The translations under genes and the position numbers were made by a program. From Candidatus Micrarchaeota archaeon (GTDB taxonomy: Archaea; Micrarchaeota; Micrarchaeia; Norongarragalinales; SBBD01), in the NCBI GenBank assembly GCA_018819225.1, contig JAHJQN010000008.1, positions 128,001 to 192,000 of the forward strand: a DNA stretch of 64,000 nt, given 5' to 3'. The first letter of the stretch is position 1, and every line of letters begins with the position of its first letter. This document shows, piece after piece, positions 48,262 to 58,750 of this stretch. Below the pieces are notes generated by a model. That model saw only the letters and a program-made list of their open reading frames with translations. It did not search any database and was not told the origin of the DNA.

Positions 48262-49818
48262 TTAAGGTCGCTTGACCTGCAACGAAAGCCCGCGTTCAGC
48301 CAATTCGTTCATGCGGTCAACGGAAAGACGGGCCCGCGGACTCAAATCCATTTCCTTAAAATGCTCCAACTCGTCTTGAATCTCTAGCAATACTTGCTGG
48401 TGGACCAACGGTTTTTGCAATACCGTTGCTTCTTTCGCGTTCCGGCTTCCCTCTCGCGGCTGGAACCAGAACTCCAATCGCAATTCATCAATTTTATCCA
48501 TGAGAGGCGTCAAATCCACTTGCGAACGCGAGGAAGGCTGAACGCGTTTAGACCAGTCGGAAATTTCCCGTCGAAGCATCGAAAGATCGTCATCCGAGCG
48601 TTTGGAGACATGCGTTCTCGCAAGCACCTGACCCATTTGAAACTGGAGATTCGAAAGCAATTTCTGGAGCTCCGGATCCTCTTTCTTTCGAGAAACCGCT
48701 TGCTGAACCTCATGCAATACGCCCGCAAGGTGCGCGTCCCGCTTCGATGCCTCCATCTGTCGACGGCGCAACTCCAATGATACGCCGCCCAACGCCTCGT
48801 TCAAATCCCGCAACACCGGAGTCAATTGCGCCAACTGCGTGTTGAAGTGACTCGAGCGCTGGCCTTGAACGGCCATGGCATTCTGCAACGCATCCATTCG
48901 CTCCAGCGTATGTTGTTCCACGAGATCGGCGTGTTGAATGACTTCCTCGAACTGATTGCTGTACGGCATGGCCTCCTTGATTTGAGCCAACAGCAAACGT
49001 TGCTGTTCCAAAGATTCCTTAAGCGTTGAAAACTCCTGTTGCAAGCCCTGCACGTCCTCCTTCCAAGGAACATGTTGCTTCTCCGCAATCATTCGTTCCG
49101 TTGACGATTCCAACGAGCTCCTAAGAAGGGAAAGCGACAAGTCCATCGATCGGAGTGCCTGTGAATGGCGTTCAACGGCCTTGGAAAGCCCTTTCACGTT
49201 CGATTCAACGGAAGAGGAAAGGGATTCGAGAGCGCGCTCACGGTCCATTCCTTCCTCCGTACGCGCGCGCTGATCCGAAAGCGCGGACAGCACGGCCGTC
49301 AGCTTGTGATTCAAATCCTCGATGCTCGACGCATTATCGGAATACGATTCCTGCAAACGCGCCAAGCCTTCATGAAACGTTTTCAAGTGCTCCAGACGCT
49401 CGCCCAAACCCTCCGGCGCCTTGACGGGCTTGCCGGAAAAAGAACGCATTTCCTTGCGAACCGCTGAACGAAGCGTCGTGCGCACCACGACTTCAAAGTG
49501 ATCGAGTCGCCGGGAAAACGCATTCAATGACGCTCCCACGACCTCGGACTCCATAAAGTGAGTCGTGGCCAATTTCAAATGCGCAAACTCCTTCCGAAGA
49601 GCGCGCAACTGATCATGCAACGCACCCGTGTTCGTGGCGTGCGCGTCATCCAAATTCGAAATCTGTTTTTCCAGCGTCGAAGACGAAGTGGCTAAGCGAT
49701 CCAAGGCCTCCGCTAATTCGCGTTGATGAGCCGGTGACGCGCCATGAACGTTTTGGCGCATATGCGCCAGTTCATCTTCCATGGCCCGAAGCGCCCGACG
49801 AACCGTCTTTTCTTCCAT
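48262..49818 (-). CDS. Long coiled-coil hypothetical protein
   Basis: 518-aa heptad-rich ORF with no signal peptide or TM. Confidence 0.7.
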   Translation of the reverse strand: MEEKTVRRALRAMEDELAHMRQNVHGASPAHQRELAEALDRLATSSSTLEKQISNLDDAHATNTGALHDQLRALRKEFAHLKLATTHFMESEVVGASLNAFSRRLDHFEVVVRTTLRSAVRKEMRSFSGKPVKAPEGLGERLEHLKTFHEGLARLQESYSDNASSIEDLNHKLTAVLSALSDQRARTEEGMDRERALESLSSSVESNVKGLSKAVERHSQALRSMDLSLSLLRSSLESSTERMIAEKQHVPWKEDVQGLQQEFSTLKESLEQQRLLLAQIKEAMPYSNQFEEVIQHADLVEQHTLERMDALQNAMAVQGQRSSHFNTQLAQLTPVLRDLNEALGGVSLELRRRQMEASKRDAHLAGVLHEVQQAVSRKKEDPELQKLLSNLQFQMGQVLARTHVSKRSDDDLSMLRREISDWSKRVQPSSRSQVDLTPLMDKIDELRLEFWFQPREGSRNAKEATVLQKPLVHQQVLLEIQDELEHFKEMDLSPRARLSVDRMNELAERGLSLQVKRP

Positions 49819-49932
49819 GAATTAAACCTGAAAGCGGGGGAATGACCAAGTAACGCCCCGAACCATTTAAAGGTTTGGTTCCAACCGCCGGAAAATTCAG
49901 GTATTTATTCATTCCCTTTACCAATAACTCCC

Positions 49933-51201
49933 ATGAACGTCTTCTTCAAAACGTACGGCTGCACATTGAACCAAGCCGACGCGGAGCTGGCCCAACAACT
50001 CGTGCAATCCCATGGACATTGCATCGTCGAAAACGAAAAGAATGCCGATCTCGTTATCGCGACCACGTGCGGCGTCAAGGAAACCACGGAAAATAAGATC
50101 CTGCATTATTTACAAACACTGGAAACCCGTAAAAAACCGTACATTGTAGCGGGCTGCCTTCCCGCCATGAACATAAAAAAAGTGAAACGCTTCGCGCCTT
50201 CCGCCAACGGATTCATCGGACCCAACCACCTGAAAAAAATTCCGGAAATAATGGAATCATTAAATGGAAAAGCGGTGGAAGCACTGAATGCGCCATTCTC
50301 CGAAAAATTTGAAATCAGTCCACGCGGCCTTACCCCCATTACTCGCATCCAAATTTCATCCGGATGCTTGAGCGCCTGCAGTTTTTGCGGTACGAAACTC
50401 GCACGCGGCATGTTTCAAAGCAAGCCGGAAGAACGCATTATTCAAGAGGCCGAACGCGCCGTGTCCGCAGGCGCCAAGGAATTGCAGTTGTGCTCGCAAG
50501 ACACCGGATGCTACGGATTCGATCAACAAACGAATCTGGCGCGAGTCGTCAAACAATTAAACGCATTGGAGGGAAGGTTCCGCATACGCATCGGGATGGG
50601 TTCGCCTCACCACATGATGCGCTTTGAGGATGAACTCGTGGAAGCGCTCCGAATGCCTCACACCTACCAATTCTTACATATTCCGTTACAGTCCGGAAAT
50701 AATGAAATACTTCAAGCCATGCGACGGAATTACGCGGTGGAAGACGTGCAAGGGTTTATATCTCGTTCAAGGAAAGCCATTCCGGGGATAACGCTTGCTA
50801 CGGATATGATTGTCGGGTTTCCGGGGGAAAGCGAAGTTCAGCACCGCGATTCAATGACGCTTTTGAAAGAACTGCGTTTTGATGTGGTGAATGTGAGCAA
50901 GTACTCCGTACGAGAAGGAACCAAGGCAGCTGAAATGGAGCAAGTGCCATCCCAAATAAAAAAACGGCGAGCGAAAGGAATGGCCGTCCAGGAACGGAAT
51001 ACGGCTTGGGAAAAAAATCAGGCGTTTATCGGAAGAACGTATCCCGTGCTGCTCACGGAGAACGGCACCCGGGGATTTCTGGCGGGAAGAAATGATTTCT
51101 ATAAAACGGTGCTCGTTCCGAAGGAAGGAAAAGAAATAGGGCAATTCGTGGAAGCGGAAATCGAATCCGCCACTCCCTCGTACTTGAAAGCCAGAAAATG
51201 A
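49933..51201 (+). CDS. tRNA methylthiotransferase (MtaB/e-MtaB radical SAM)
   Basis: TYGC.LN, TC.VK..TE, GC, CxxxCxxC (CLSACSFC), HIP.QSG, IVGFPGE and a TRAM domain. Confidence 0.93.
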   Translation: MNVFFKTYGCTLNQADAELAQQLVQSHGHCIVENEKNADLVIATTCGVKETTENKILHYLQTLETRKKPYIVAGCLPAMNIKKVKRFAPSANGFIGPNHLKKIPEIMESLNGKAVEALNAPFSEKFEISPRGLTPITRIQISSGCLSACSFCGTKLARGMFQSKPEERIIQEAERAVSAGAKELQLCSQDTGCYGFDQQTNLARVVKQLNALEGRFRIRIGMGSPHHMMRFEDELVEALRMPHTYQFLHIPLQSGNNEILQAMRRNYAVEDVQGFISRSRKAIPGITLATDMIVGFPGESEVQHRDSMTLLKELRFDVVNVSKYSVREGTKAAEMEQVPSQIKKRRAKGMAVQERNTAWEKNQAFIGRTYPVLLTENGTRGFLAGRNDFYKTVLVPKEGKEIGQFVEAEIESATPSYLKARK

Positions 51202-51305
51202 AAAAAGAGGCGTAAAAAGGCGCTTATAAAGCAAATAACGATTTTAAACCCCCTTAGCGTACATCCGTCCTATCAATTAATGAATTCAACCGAAAAGGTG
51301 ATTAG

Positions 51306-51890
51306 ATGCAGTTTGTAGACCAGTGGGTTGCCGTATTAACCAAACCCAAGGAAACCTATGCGTCCGAAAAAGGAAAATCGAGCCTCGCGGAAGGAGCCAA
51401 ACATCTGGCCGTTGCGTACGGCATCATGGGACTCATCTATGGACTGGGCATCGCCTTGTTCTCGGCATCCCTGACCGTGATTCCCGGAGCAGGAGCCATC
51501 GCCGGACTGGGAATGGCCATGATCGTCGTGGCGCCCATTATGATGGCTGTCTTCGGCATCGTCGCAAGCCTGATCGGTAACGGAATCATCTGGATCATCG
51601 CGAAAGTATTGGGAGGAAACGGGCCGTTCGAACAACAGTTTTACTTGAGTTCATTGTACTTGGCACCCATCGCCTTGCTAGGACTCATTCCGCTCGTGGG
51701 CATGTTGGCTGGGCTCTATGGATTGTACCTCTTGACGCTCATGCTCAAGGAAGTGCATGCATTCGACACCCTGAAAGCCGTGGCCGTATGGATCATCCCC
51801 GGAATCATTGGATTCATCATCATGGGAGCAGCGGTCATGACGCTGATTGCCGCGGGTGCAGCGGGCGCAGGCAACGTTCCAGTCCGATAA
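51306..51890 (+). CDS. YIP1 family membrane protein
   Basis: VL..P.ET, AK.LGG.G.F and a multi-TM pattern. GGTGA SD. Confidence 0.8.
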   Translation: MQFVDQWVAVLTKPKETYASEKGKSSLAEGAKHLAVAYGIMGLIYGLGIALFSASLTVIPGAGAIAGLGMAMIVVAPIMMAVFGIVASLIGNGIIWIIAKVLGGNGPFEQQFYLSSLYLAPIALLGLIPLVGMLAGLYGLYLLTLMLKEVHAFDTLKAVAVWIIPGIIGFIIMGAAVMTLIAAGAAGAGNVPVR

Positions 51891-51899
51891 AATGGCCGG

Positions 51900-51935
51900 A
51901 ATTTTTTCTTTTTTCCTTTTCTTTTTTTTATTCTC
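51900..51935 (+). terminator. Oligo-T archaeal terminator
   Basis: Long T-tracts directly after the YIP1 stop codon. Confidence 0.55.
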
Positions 51936-51981
51936 AAGCTCCATCTGGCGCTGAGCGCGAGAAATCAGTTAATGAAATCCA

Positions 51982-54003
51982 TTAGCAGCCGTGCTTGCCT
52001 TCGCTGAACAGCTTGATCATCTCGGGAAGCAGCTTATGCTCCTCTATCAATACGCGCTCCGCGAGCTTCTCAGCCGTATCACGAGGTTTCACGGGCACGC
52101 GACGCTGTCCCAAAACGATCCCCCCATCCACATCGGAGGTCACCAAGTGAACGCTGCAGCCGCTTTCCTGATCCCCGGAGGCGAGGACCTGCTCATGGCA
52201 GTGAATGCCCATGCAACCCTTAAACTTGGGCAATAACGTCGGATGAATATTGATGATTCGTCCAGTAAATGGCTTGAGAAGCGTCTCGCCTACAATGCGC
52301 ATGTAACCGGCGAGTACCACGAGACGCACGTCCCGCTTCTGCAATTCCTTCAGAATCGCTTTCTCGTGCCCGATTCGATCGGAATACGCTTTCGAATCAA
52401 TGCACACCGCGTCAATACCGTGTTGTTCCGCCCGTTTCAATGCGTGCGCATCCGGACGGTTCGAGATGACGACGCTGATGTTCACGTGCAACGATTTGTT
52501 ATCCACCGCATCAATAATGGATTGCAGGTTACTGCCGCGACCCGAAACCAGTACCGCTATATTGAACGAGCGCTCCAACTTCTTGCGACCACGGGCATAC
52601 GCGTTAATCTTTTCCGTGGGGTAGACATCCGTCAAACAACTTAAACAAATGTCCTCGCGAGGCAACCCGATGGAATTCACTAAACCGTCCAGCGACATGT
52701 ACTGCACGCTATCCGCACCCAATTCCGCGCGTATTTGCTCCGTATTCCGAGCCGAAGCAATCAATTCCTTGTACGTCGGAAAGTCAATACCCATGTAACA
52801 CGGTGCAATAATGGGAGGGCAGGAAATCAGGAGGTGTATTTCCTTCGCGCCCACCGAGCGCAGCATTTTAACGAGTTTACGCGTCGTGTGGCCTCGCACG
52901 ATACTGTCATCCACGATGGCGACGCGCTTCCCTTCAATCAAGGGTTTCACGGGAGACAGCTTCAATCGAATGGAGGACTTGCGTTTGGAATCCGCGGGCA
53001 TGATAAACGTCCGATGAATATAGCGGTTCTTGATCAAACCTTCAGCAAACGGAACGCCGCTCTCCCGGGAAAACCCCAAGGCAGCGGAACGCCCGGAATC
53101 CGGAACCGGAATCACGACATCCACTTCATTATGAAACGGTCGGGCCAACTCGATACCCAAGTTTTCGCGCACTTGATAGACATGACGGCCATTAATAATG
53201 GAATCCGGACGCGCGAAATAAACGTATTCGAACATGCAGTGCGCGCGCGGCCGAGCTTTCATGACTTTAGATTCCACGGACGTGCCTTGAATGACCACGA
53301 TTTCGCCGGGAAGGATCTCGCGATCGTATTGCGCGTCCAACGCATCCAGAGCGACGGTTTCCGATGCCACGTAAACGAGTTCGTTAACCAACGTGCGCTT
53401 GCGGCCTAAACACAAGGGCTTGTAACCCTGCGGATCGCGCGCCGCAATCAAGACGCCGTTGGACAACAATAAAATCAGGGAGTATGCGCCCTCCAATTGC
53501 GTCATCACGGATTGCATGGCCGTAATATAATCGGCCGACGACGGGACACGCGTATGAAGTCGTTTGAGATGATCCGCAAACAGTTGCAAAATGAGTTCGG
53601 TGTCCGCCGTGCACGAAAACTTGAGGGAGCCCCCCAAGCGTTGTTTCAGTTCTTCATAATTGACGATGTTGCCATTAAAGGAAATGGCGATCTGCAAGCC
53701 ATTCGCATGGCGCATCAACGGCTGCGCGTTATCTACGGTAGAGGTGCCGGTCGTAGAATACCGGACGTGACCCGCCCCCACTGAACCGGTGAGCCAATCC
53801 AAGTCCTCGTAATCGAATACCTCGGACACCAGACCCATCGCTTTAATGGTACGCAACTTCTTGTTCCGAACCACCGTAATCCCCGCAGACTCTTGCCCGC
53901 GGTGTTGCAACGCCGTTAAGCCATGGAAAAGACTCAGCGGCACTTCAACGGAAGGCGTCTTTCCGGATACGCCGATGACGCCGCATTTTTCTTTCACGGC
54001 CAT
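51982..54003 (-). CDS. purF: Amidophosphoribosyltransferase fused to GAR transformylase (PurF-PurN)
   Basis: PurF: EK|CG, LQHRGQESAG, GHVRYSTTG, CMFEYVYFARPDS, VDDSIVRG.T, C..C. PurN follows in frame: VLVSGRGSNLQ, LAGYMRI, NIHP.LLP.F.G, G.SVH.V...VD.G. Confidence 0.93.
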   Translation of the reverse strand: MAVKEKCGVIGVSGKTPSVEVPLSLFHGLTALQHRGQESAGITVVRNKKLRTIKAMGLVSEVFDYEDLDWLTGSVGAGHVRYSTTGTSTVDNAQPLMRHANGLQIAISFNGNIVNYEELKQRLGGSLKFSCTADTELILQLFADHLKRLHTRVPSSADYITAMQSVMTQLEGAYSLILLLSNGVLIAARDPQGYKPLCLGRKRTLVNELVYVASETVALDALDAQYDREILPGEIVVIQGTSVESKVMKARPRAHCMFEYVYFARPDSIINGRHVYQVRENLGIELARPFHNEVDVVIPVPDSGRSAALGFSRESGVPFAEGLIKNRYIHRTFIMPADSKRKSSIRLKLSPVKPLIEGKRVAIVDDSIVRGHTTRKLVKMLRSVGAKEIHLLISCPPIIAPCYMGIDFPTYKELIASARNTEQIRAELGADSVQYMSLDGLVNSIGLPREDICLSCLTDVYPTEKINAYARGRKKLERSFNIAVLVSGRGSNLQSIIDAVDNKSLHVNISVVISNRPDAHALKRAEQHGIDAVCIDSKAYSDRIGHEKAILKELQKRDVRLVVLAGYMRIVGETLLKPFTGRIINIHPTLLPKFKGCMGIHCHEQVLASGDQESGCSVHLVTSDVDGGIVLGQRRVPVKPRDTAEKLAERVLIEEHKLLPEMIKLFSEGKHGC

Positions 54004-54088
54004 TCTGAAGGCCTCGTATACCCAATCGGTGCGTTCAATTGAATCATGCCCGCGTACCTATTAAAACGCATCAGACCGTCTTTCCACG

Positions 54089-56302
54089 CTATTTCATGCA
54101 ACCGGGAATCCGGCGCTCGAACTCATCCCGCATCGCAGTCACCGCGCAATCCACGACGCGCTTGCGTGAAGATTCCGAATCAAATAGGACAAAACGTTTT
54201 TCAAGAACCGGCTTTCCGATAATCTCCGCCTTGACGTTCCGGCTCTTCGCCAAGTTCAAGAGCTTCTGAGGCTCGCGCGACGCGACTAAAAACCGGCCAG
54301 GGGTCTCCGCAAACATGATTTCATCCGCCTGCAGTTTTCCCTTGGAAGGCAACCGATCCAGTTGCACCTCCGCGCCCATATTGCTGCGAATGCACATTTC
54401 CGCCAACGCCAAACCAAAACCGCCAGACGACACGTCGTGACAGGAGGAAATCAAGCGCAGCTTGTTCGCTTCCAAAATAATTGAAAGGGTTCGTTTTTCC
54501 CGGTCGAGATCAACGGAAGGCGCCTTGCCGCCCTCCCATTTCAGGATCGAGTGCGCGTATTCACTTCCCCCGAGCTCGGGAGCCGTTTCTCCAATAATGA
54601 CGATCGAATCCTCCGTGTTCCGGAAACGCATCTCCGTAATGCGCGCCATGTCCTCCACCACGCCTACCAAAAGAATGACGGGAGCCGGCTTGATGGCTTC
54701 CTTGGTACGGTCGTCCTCATTGTAAAAAGAAACATTGCCACCGACGCACGGAATCTGCAACATCTTGCAGGCATCCGCAATACCCCGAACGGATTCAGAA
54801 AACTGCCAGAAAACAGCGGGATCGTTCGGATTACCGAAATTCAAATTGTCGACCATGCCAACGGGCACCGCGCCCACGGCCGCCAGATTGCGCGCGCACT
54901 CCAGCACGCTTTCCGCGCCCCCCGAATACGGGTCCAAATAAGATAAACGGTACACGCAATCCGTTTTCAATGCCAGACCCTTCTTTTCCGTCAAACGCAG
55001 CACCGCCGCATCCGTGTCCCCTGCTTTTAACACGGTACGGGCCTGCACCTCATGATCGTATTGTTGATACACCCAACGCTTACTCGCCAAATTATCCGAA
55101 CGCAGCATATTCATGAACACGTGATTCAAGTTTTCGGGAACCGGCGGGCGTTTTTGTTTGGCAAGCGTTTTCACGTACTCCGGAACTTTTACTGGCATCG
55201 AAATCGTGGGAACATCCGTTAACAAATCCACCGGAATCTCGGCCACGACGCGGCCCTCGAACTCAATCACAAACTGAGGTTCATCCGTAAACGAGCCAAT
55301 CACCGCATGAGTCAGGCCGTACTTATCAAAAACGTTCGTGAGATGCTTCAAATCCTTCGGAGCACACGAATAGAGCATGCGTTCCTGCGATTCGGACAAC
55401 ATGATTTCCATGGCCGTCATATCCTTCTCGCGAAGCGGTACCGCCGACGCATTGATCTTCGCTCCCTTGCCGCCCTTGAACGCCATTTCCGACGCGCAAC
55501 ACGTCAGCCCTCCGCCTCCAAAATCCTTCAACGCCTTCACTTTACCGGAGGGAAGCAATTCAAGCGTCGCATCCACGATCAACTTCTTCGTGAACGGGTC
55601 CGGAATCTGAACGGCCGGACGCTCGCCCTCACTCTTCTCACTCAAATTCTTGGAAGCGAACGTCACGCCGTGAATGCCGTCGCGGCCCGTGAGACTTCCT
55701 ACTAACACGAGCAAGTCTCCCGCATCCCTTGCTTTTCCGAGAATCAATTGATCCTTGGCCACGAGACCCACGCAAGCCGCGTTCACGATGCAATTCGTTT
55801 CAAAACCGCGATCGAAATTCGTATCGCCCGCCACCGTAGGAATCCCCACGCAATTCCCGTAATCCGCAATGCCTTTCACCACGTAATTCATGAGCCACTG
55901 CGAATGCTCGCTATCCAAGCGACCGAAACACAACGAATCTAAAACGGCGATCGGCGTCGCACCCACCGCAAGAACATCCCGAATAATGCCTCCCACGCCG
56001 GTGGCCGCACCGCTATACGGTTCAATGGCGGACGGATGATTATGCGACTCGATCTTGAACGCAATGCATTGATTGTCTCCCACATCCACCACGCCGGCAT
56101 CAAAACCGGGTCCCAATACCACGCGCTTTCCCTCGGTAGGCAATTGCTTCAACACGGGTCGAGACGTTTTATAACTGCAGTGTTCGCTCCACATGATGTC
56201 AATCATGCCGGCTTCCACGGGAGAGGGATCGCGGGACAAGCGCTTCTTGACGAGCGCCAGTTCTTTTTTCGTCAAATCGACTTCGATGCCCGAAACCATC
56301 AT
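54089..56302 (-). CDS. purL: FGAM synthase subunit PurL
   Basis: MWSEHCSYK, ESHNHPS, GAATGVGGIIRD, SESQER, LNFGNP, GGNVSFYN, HDVS.GG. Confidence 0.97.
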   Translation of the reverse strand: MMVSGIEVDLTKKELALVKKRLSRDPSPVEAGMIDIMWSEHCSYKTSRPVLKQLPTEGKRVVLGPGFDAGVVDVGDNQCIAFKIESHNHPSAIEPYSGAATGVGGIIRDVLAVGATPIAVLDSLCFGRLDSEHSQWLMNYVVKGIADYGNCVGIPTVAGDTNFDRGFETNCIVNAACVGLVAKDQLILGKARDAGDLLVLVGSLTGRDGIHGVTFASKNLSEKSEGERPAVQIPDPFTKKLIVDATLELLPSGKVKALKDFGGGGLTCCASEMAFKGGKGAKINASAVPLREKDMTAMEIMLSESQERMLYSCAPKDLKHLTNVFDKYGLTHAVIGSFTDEPQFVIEFEGRVVAEIPVDLLTDVPTISMPVKVPEYVKTLAKQKRPPVPENLNHVFMNMLRSDNLASKRWVYQQYDHEVQARTVLKAGDTDAAVLRLTEKKGLALKTDCVYRLSYLDPYSGGAESVLECARNLAAVGAVPVGMVDNLNFGNPNDPAVFWQFSESVRGIADACKMLQIPCVGGNVSFYNEDDRTKEAIKPAPVILLVGVVEDMARITEMRFRNTEDSIVIIGETAPELGGSEYAHSILKWEGGKAPSVDLDREKRTLSIILEANKLRLISSCHDVSSGGFGLALAEMCIRSNMGAEVQLDRLPSKGKLQADEIMFAETPGRFLVASREPQKLLNLAKSRNVKAEIIGKPVLEKRFVLFDSESSRKRVVDCAVTAMRDEFERRIPGCMK

Positions 56303-57000
56303 CGCACGAGCACCTCTTTCATGCTTTCAAATACTAGCCGCGCCTTCTCGTTATTGAATGGATTCAAGATACGCTCGGACGCCCGCTCCGGATGCGGCAT
56401 CAAGCCCACCACGTTGCCTTCCGGACTACAAACCCCTGCAATGTTATCAAACGAGCCGTTCGGATTCGACTCCGGCGTTTCATTGCCCTTGAAATCCGAA
56501 TACTTGAATACGATCTGTTCGTTATCCTCCAACTCCTTCAACTGCTCCGGCGGAATAAAGTAATTGCCTTCCCCATGCGCAATCGGCACTTGAAACACGT
56601 CGCCGCGAACGAACTTGCGCGTAAACGATGTGCGAATCGTCGTCACCTTCAATTGCACCCACTTGCACACGAATTTCAGCGACTGGTTTCTCAGAAGCGC
56701 GCCAGGAAGCAACCCCGCCTCCGTCAGCGTCTGAAAACCGTTGCAGATGCCCAGAACCGGACGGCCATCCTTCGCCATGCGCTTCACTTCCTTCAACGCA
56801 GGAGAAAACGCGGAAATAACGCCTCCCCGAAGATGATCCCCGTACGAAAAACCGCCCGGAAGAACCGCGGCATCAAAACGAGATTCCTTGAAATCACGGT
56901 GCCAAACCAGCTCGGCGTTCATGTGAATGACGTCCCGCAGAACGTGCAACGCATCCAAATCACAGTTGGCTGCCGGAAAACGAAGGACCGCTATCTTCAT
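56299..57000 (-). CDS. purQ: FGAM synthase subunit PurQ
   Basis: FP..NCD.D, LPGGFSYGD, GICNGFQ, PIAHGEG, NPNGS, MPHPER. Confidence 0.97.
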   Translation of the reverse strand: MKIAVLRFPAANCDLDALHVLRDVIHMNAELVWHRDFKESRFDAAVLPGGFSYGDHLRGGVISAFSPALKEVKRMAKDGRPVLGICNGFQTLTEAGLLPGALLRNQSLKFVCKWVQLKVTTIRTSFTRKFVRGDVFQVPIAHGEGNYFIPPEQLKELEDNEQIVFKYSDFKGNETPESNPNGSFDNIAGVCSPEGNVVGLMPHPERASERILNPFNNEKARLVFESMKEVLVR

Positions 57001-57028
57001 GTTAAAACCATTAAAATCGGAGGAGACA

Positions 57029-57289
57029 TCACGCAATCGAAACAGAATAATCTTGGGAAACCGGATTCGCGAGACGCAACTCGCGACACATCTTGTCCAC
57101 CATGGATTTGGCTTTGTCCTTGTTAGCGGCCTTCAGATGAATCCGCAATAGCTTGGCGGTACGCACCCGATCCACGTGCTCAAACCCGTTCCGCTTCATC
57201 AAATCATTGGCGATGGTTGCCCCCTCGGGATCGCTAAGCGATGGCTTGTATTCGATGGTAACCTCGGCCACAAACTCTTTTTCCGTCAT
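57029..57289 (-). CDS. purS: FGAM synthase subunit PurS
   Basis: K....DPEG.TI, VR..K, MC...LANPV. Adjacent to purQL. Confidence 0.95.
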   Translation of the reverse strand: MTEKEFVAEVTIEYKPSLSDPEGATIANDLMKRNGFEHVDRVRTAKLLRIHLKAANKDKAKSMVDKMCRELRLANPVSQDYSVSIA

Positions 57290-57410
57290 GAGACAAACCC
57301 CCCTCGAAATCGATGAGACCAACAGTTTACACTGGTTTTCTTAATAATGTTTGCGGCCGTACGAAAAGCATATATATCCGGAATGCATTACGCATCGGCT
57401 GATTCTTCCG

Positions 57411-58292
57411 TCAGGCTTCAAACAATAGCGATAAGTCGATGGGCTTCGCGCGCAAGGTCAATGCACTGGAGGAAACGAAATCCGCTCCGGCTTTCAAGTA
57501 CGACGACGCGTTTTTTTCCGTAATGCCTCCGCTCGCCTCCAAAATCAACGAGGGATATTTCCGGCGCAGAACGCGAGCGATCCTCCGCACGTGGTAAGGA
57601 GAGAGATTGTCTAACAAGAGCGCATCCGGCCGTTCCTCCGCAGCCGCCAATGCCTCGCGCATCGAACGAACCTCCACTTCAACTACAGGAGAGCGCTTGC
57701 CGCGATGCCCTCGAACTTTTTGAACCGCTATACGCAGCGCATTCAAGTAAGAAACGCGTTGTTCCCTCGCAAGCGCCGCCACATGATTCTCCTTGATCAG
57801 ATACCCGTCAGCGAGGGACAAGCGATGCGTCAGGCCTCCGCCTACTTTCACCGCACGCTTCTCGGAATCGGAAAGCAAGGGATGCGTTTTGCGCAAGCTC
57901 GCGATCCGCGGTCCAAAACGATCCGCCAACGCTCGAGTCGCAGTCGCAATCCCGCTCAACACCATCAAATAATTCAATGCGGTACGCTCCCCGGCCAGAA
58001 TGCGGCGAACGTCGCCGCGCACTTCCAATAACACGCGGCCTTTGCGAAAGCGTTGGCCTTCCCGAACCCGGGCTCGCACCTTCAAACCACGAAATACGGA
58101 CTGCGCTTCCGGTAACCCGCAAAAGACTCCGCTTTCCTTCGCGATCACGCGGCCGGTAACCGATGACTTCAGATTCATGGCGACCGTGGTCACGTCCGCT
58201 GAAGCATCTTCACGCAATGCGAGCAACGCCTTCCTTTGAGCCCTTGCAGTAAACGTTTCCGGACGTTTGGAAAACCCATTAAGAGAACGCAT
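57411..58292 (-). CDS. nadC: Quinolinate phosphoribosyltransferase
   Basis: EDA..DVTT, ERTALN.L..LSGIAT, RKT.P, HR..L.D..LIKENH, EVEV, LLDN, EASGGI. Confidence 0.93.
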   Translation of the reverse strand: MRSLNGFSKRPETFTARAQRKALLALREDASADVTTVAMNLKSSVTGRVIAKESGVFCGLPEAQSVFRGLKVRARVREGQRFRKGRVLLEVRGDVRRILAGERTALNYLMVLSGIATATRALADRFGPRIASLRKTHPLLSDSEKRAVKVGGGLTHRLSLADGYLIKENHVAALAREQRVSYLNALRIAVQKVRGHRGKRSPVVEVEVRSMREALAAAEERPDALLLDNLSPYHVRRIARVLRRKYPSLILEASGGITEKNASSYLKAGADFVSSSALTLRAKPIDLSLLFEA

Positions 58293-58348
58293 GAAAGGGG
58301 TTGAGGAGACCTTCCTCTTAAAAGCCTTTTCCGGTAAAAGAAAAGGGT

Positions 58349-58648
58349 ATGGACGAAAACGAACAGGAAGAATACGGAAAGCGGGCGGAAGAAGCGCAGC
58401 ACCGGGCCCAACAGGACGCGGCGCTGAAGAACCTGCTTAGGAAAATGCTGGAGCCGGAAGCCTACGAGCGCATTCAGAACATCAAGCTATCCAACCCCGA
58501 GCTGTACGCGCAACTCATCAAAATGATCGCGTACTTGCAGCAAAGCGGGCAGTTGAAAAGCAAAGTATCGGAAGTCCAGTTGAAACAAATCGTGTCCCGG
58601 ATTCTGAGCCAGAGAAAGGAAACGAGCATCCGGTTCGCGAGAAAGTAA
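58349..58648 (+). CDS. PDCD5-family DNA-binding protein
   Basis: LR..L.PEA.ER...I....PE....... and I.F.RK end. Confidence 0.9.
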   Translation: MDENEQEEYGKRAEEAQHRAQQDAALKNLLRKMLEPEAYERIQNIKLSNPELYAQLIKMIAYLQQSGQLKSKVSEVQLKQIVSRILSQRKETSIRFARK

Positions 58649-58689
58649 AACGGATCCTGCGGGCATCGATTCAGGCGAGTCATTAGGGG

Positions 58690-58745
58690 GCGCGAGAAAA
58701 ACAAGAAAAAAAGAATGGAAAAAGAAAAAAGAAAGAAAAAAGCCG
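58690..58745 (-). terminator. Oligo-T terminator of the pilin gene
   Basis: Long A-rich tract on + (T-rich on -) directly after the stop codon. Confidence 0.5.
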
Positions 58746-58750
58746 GAAAC

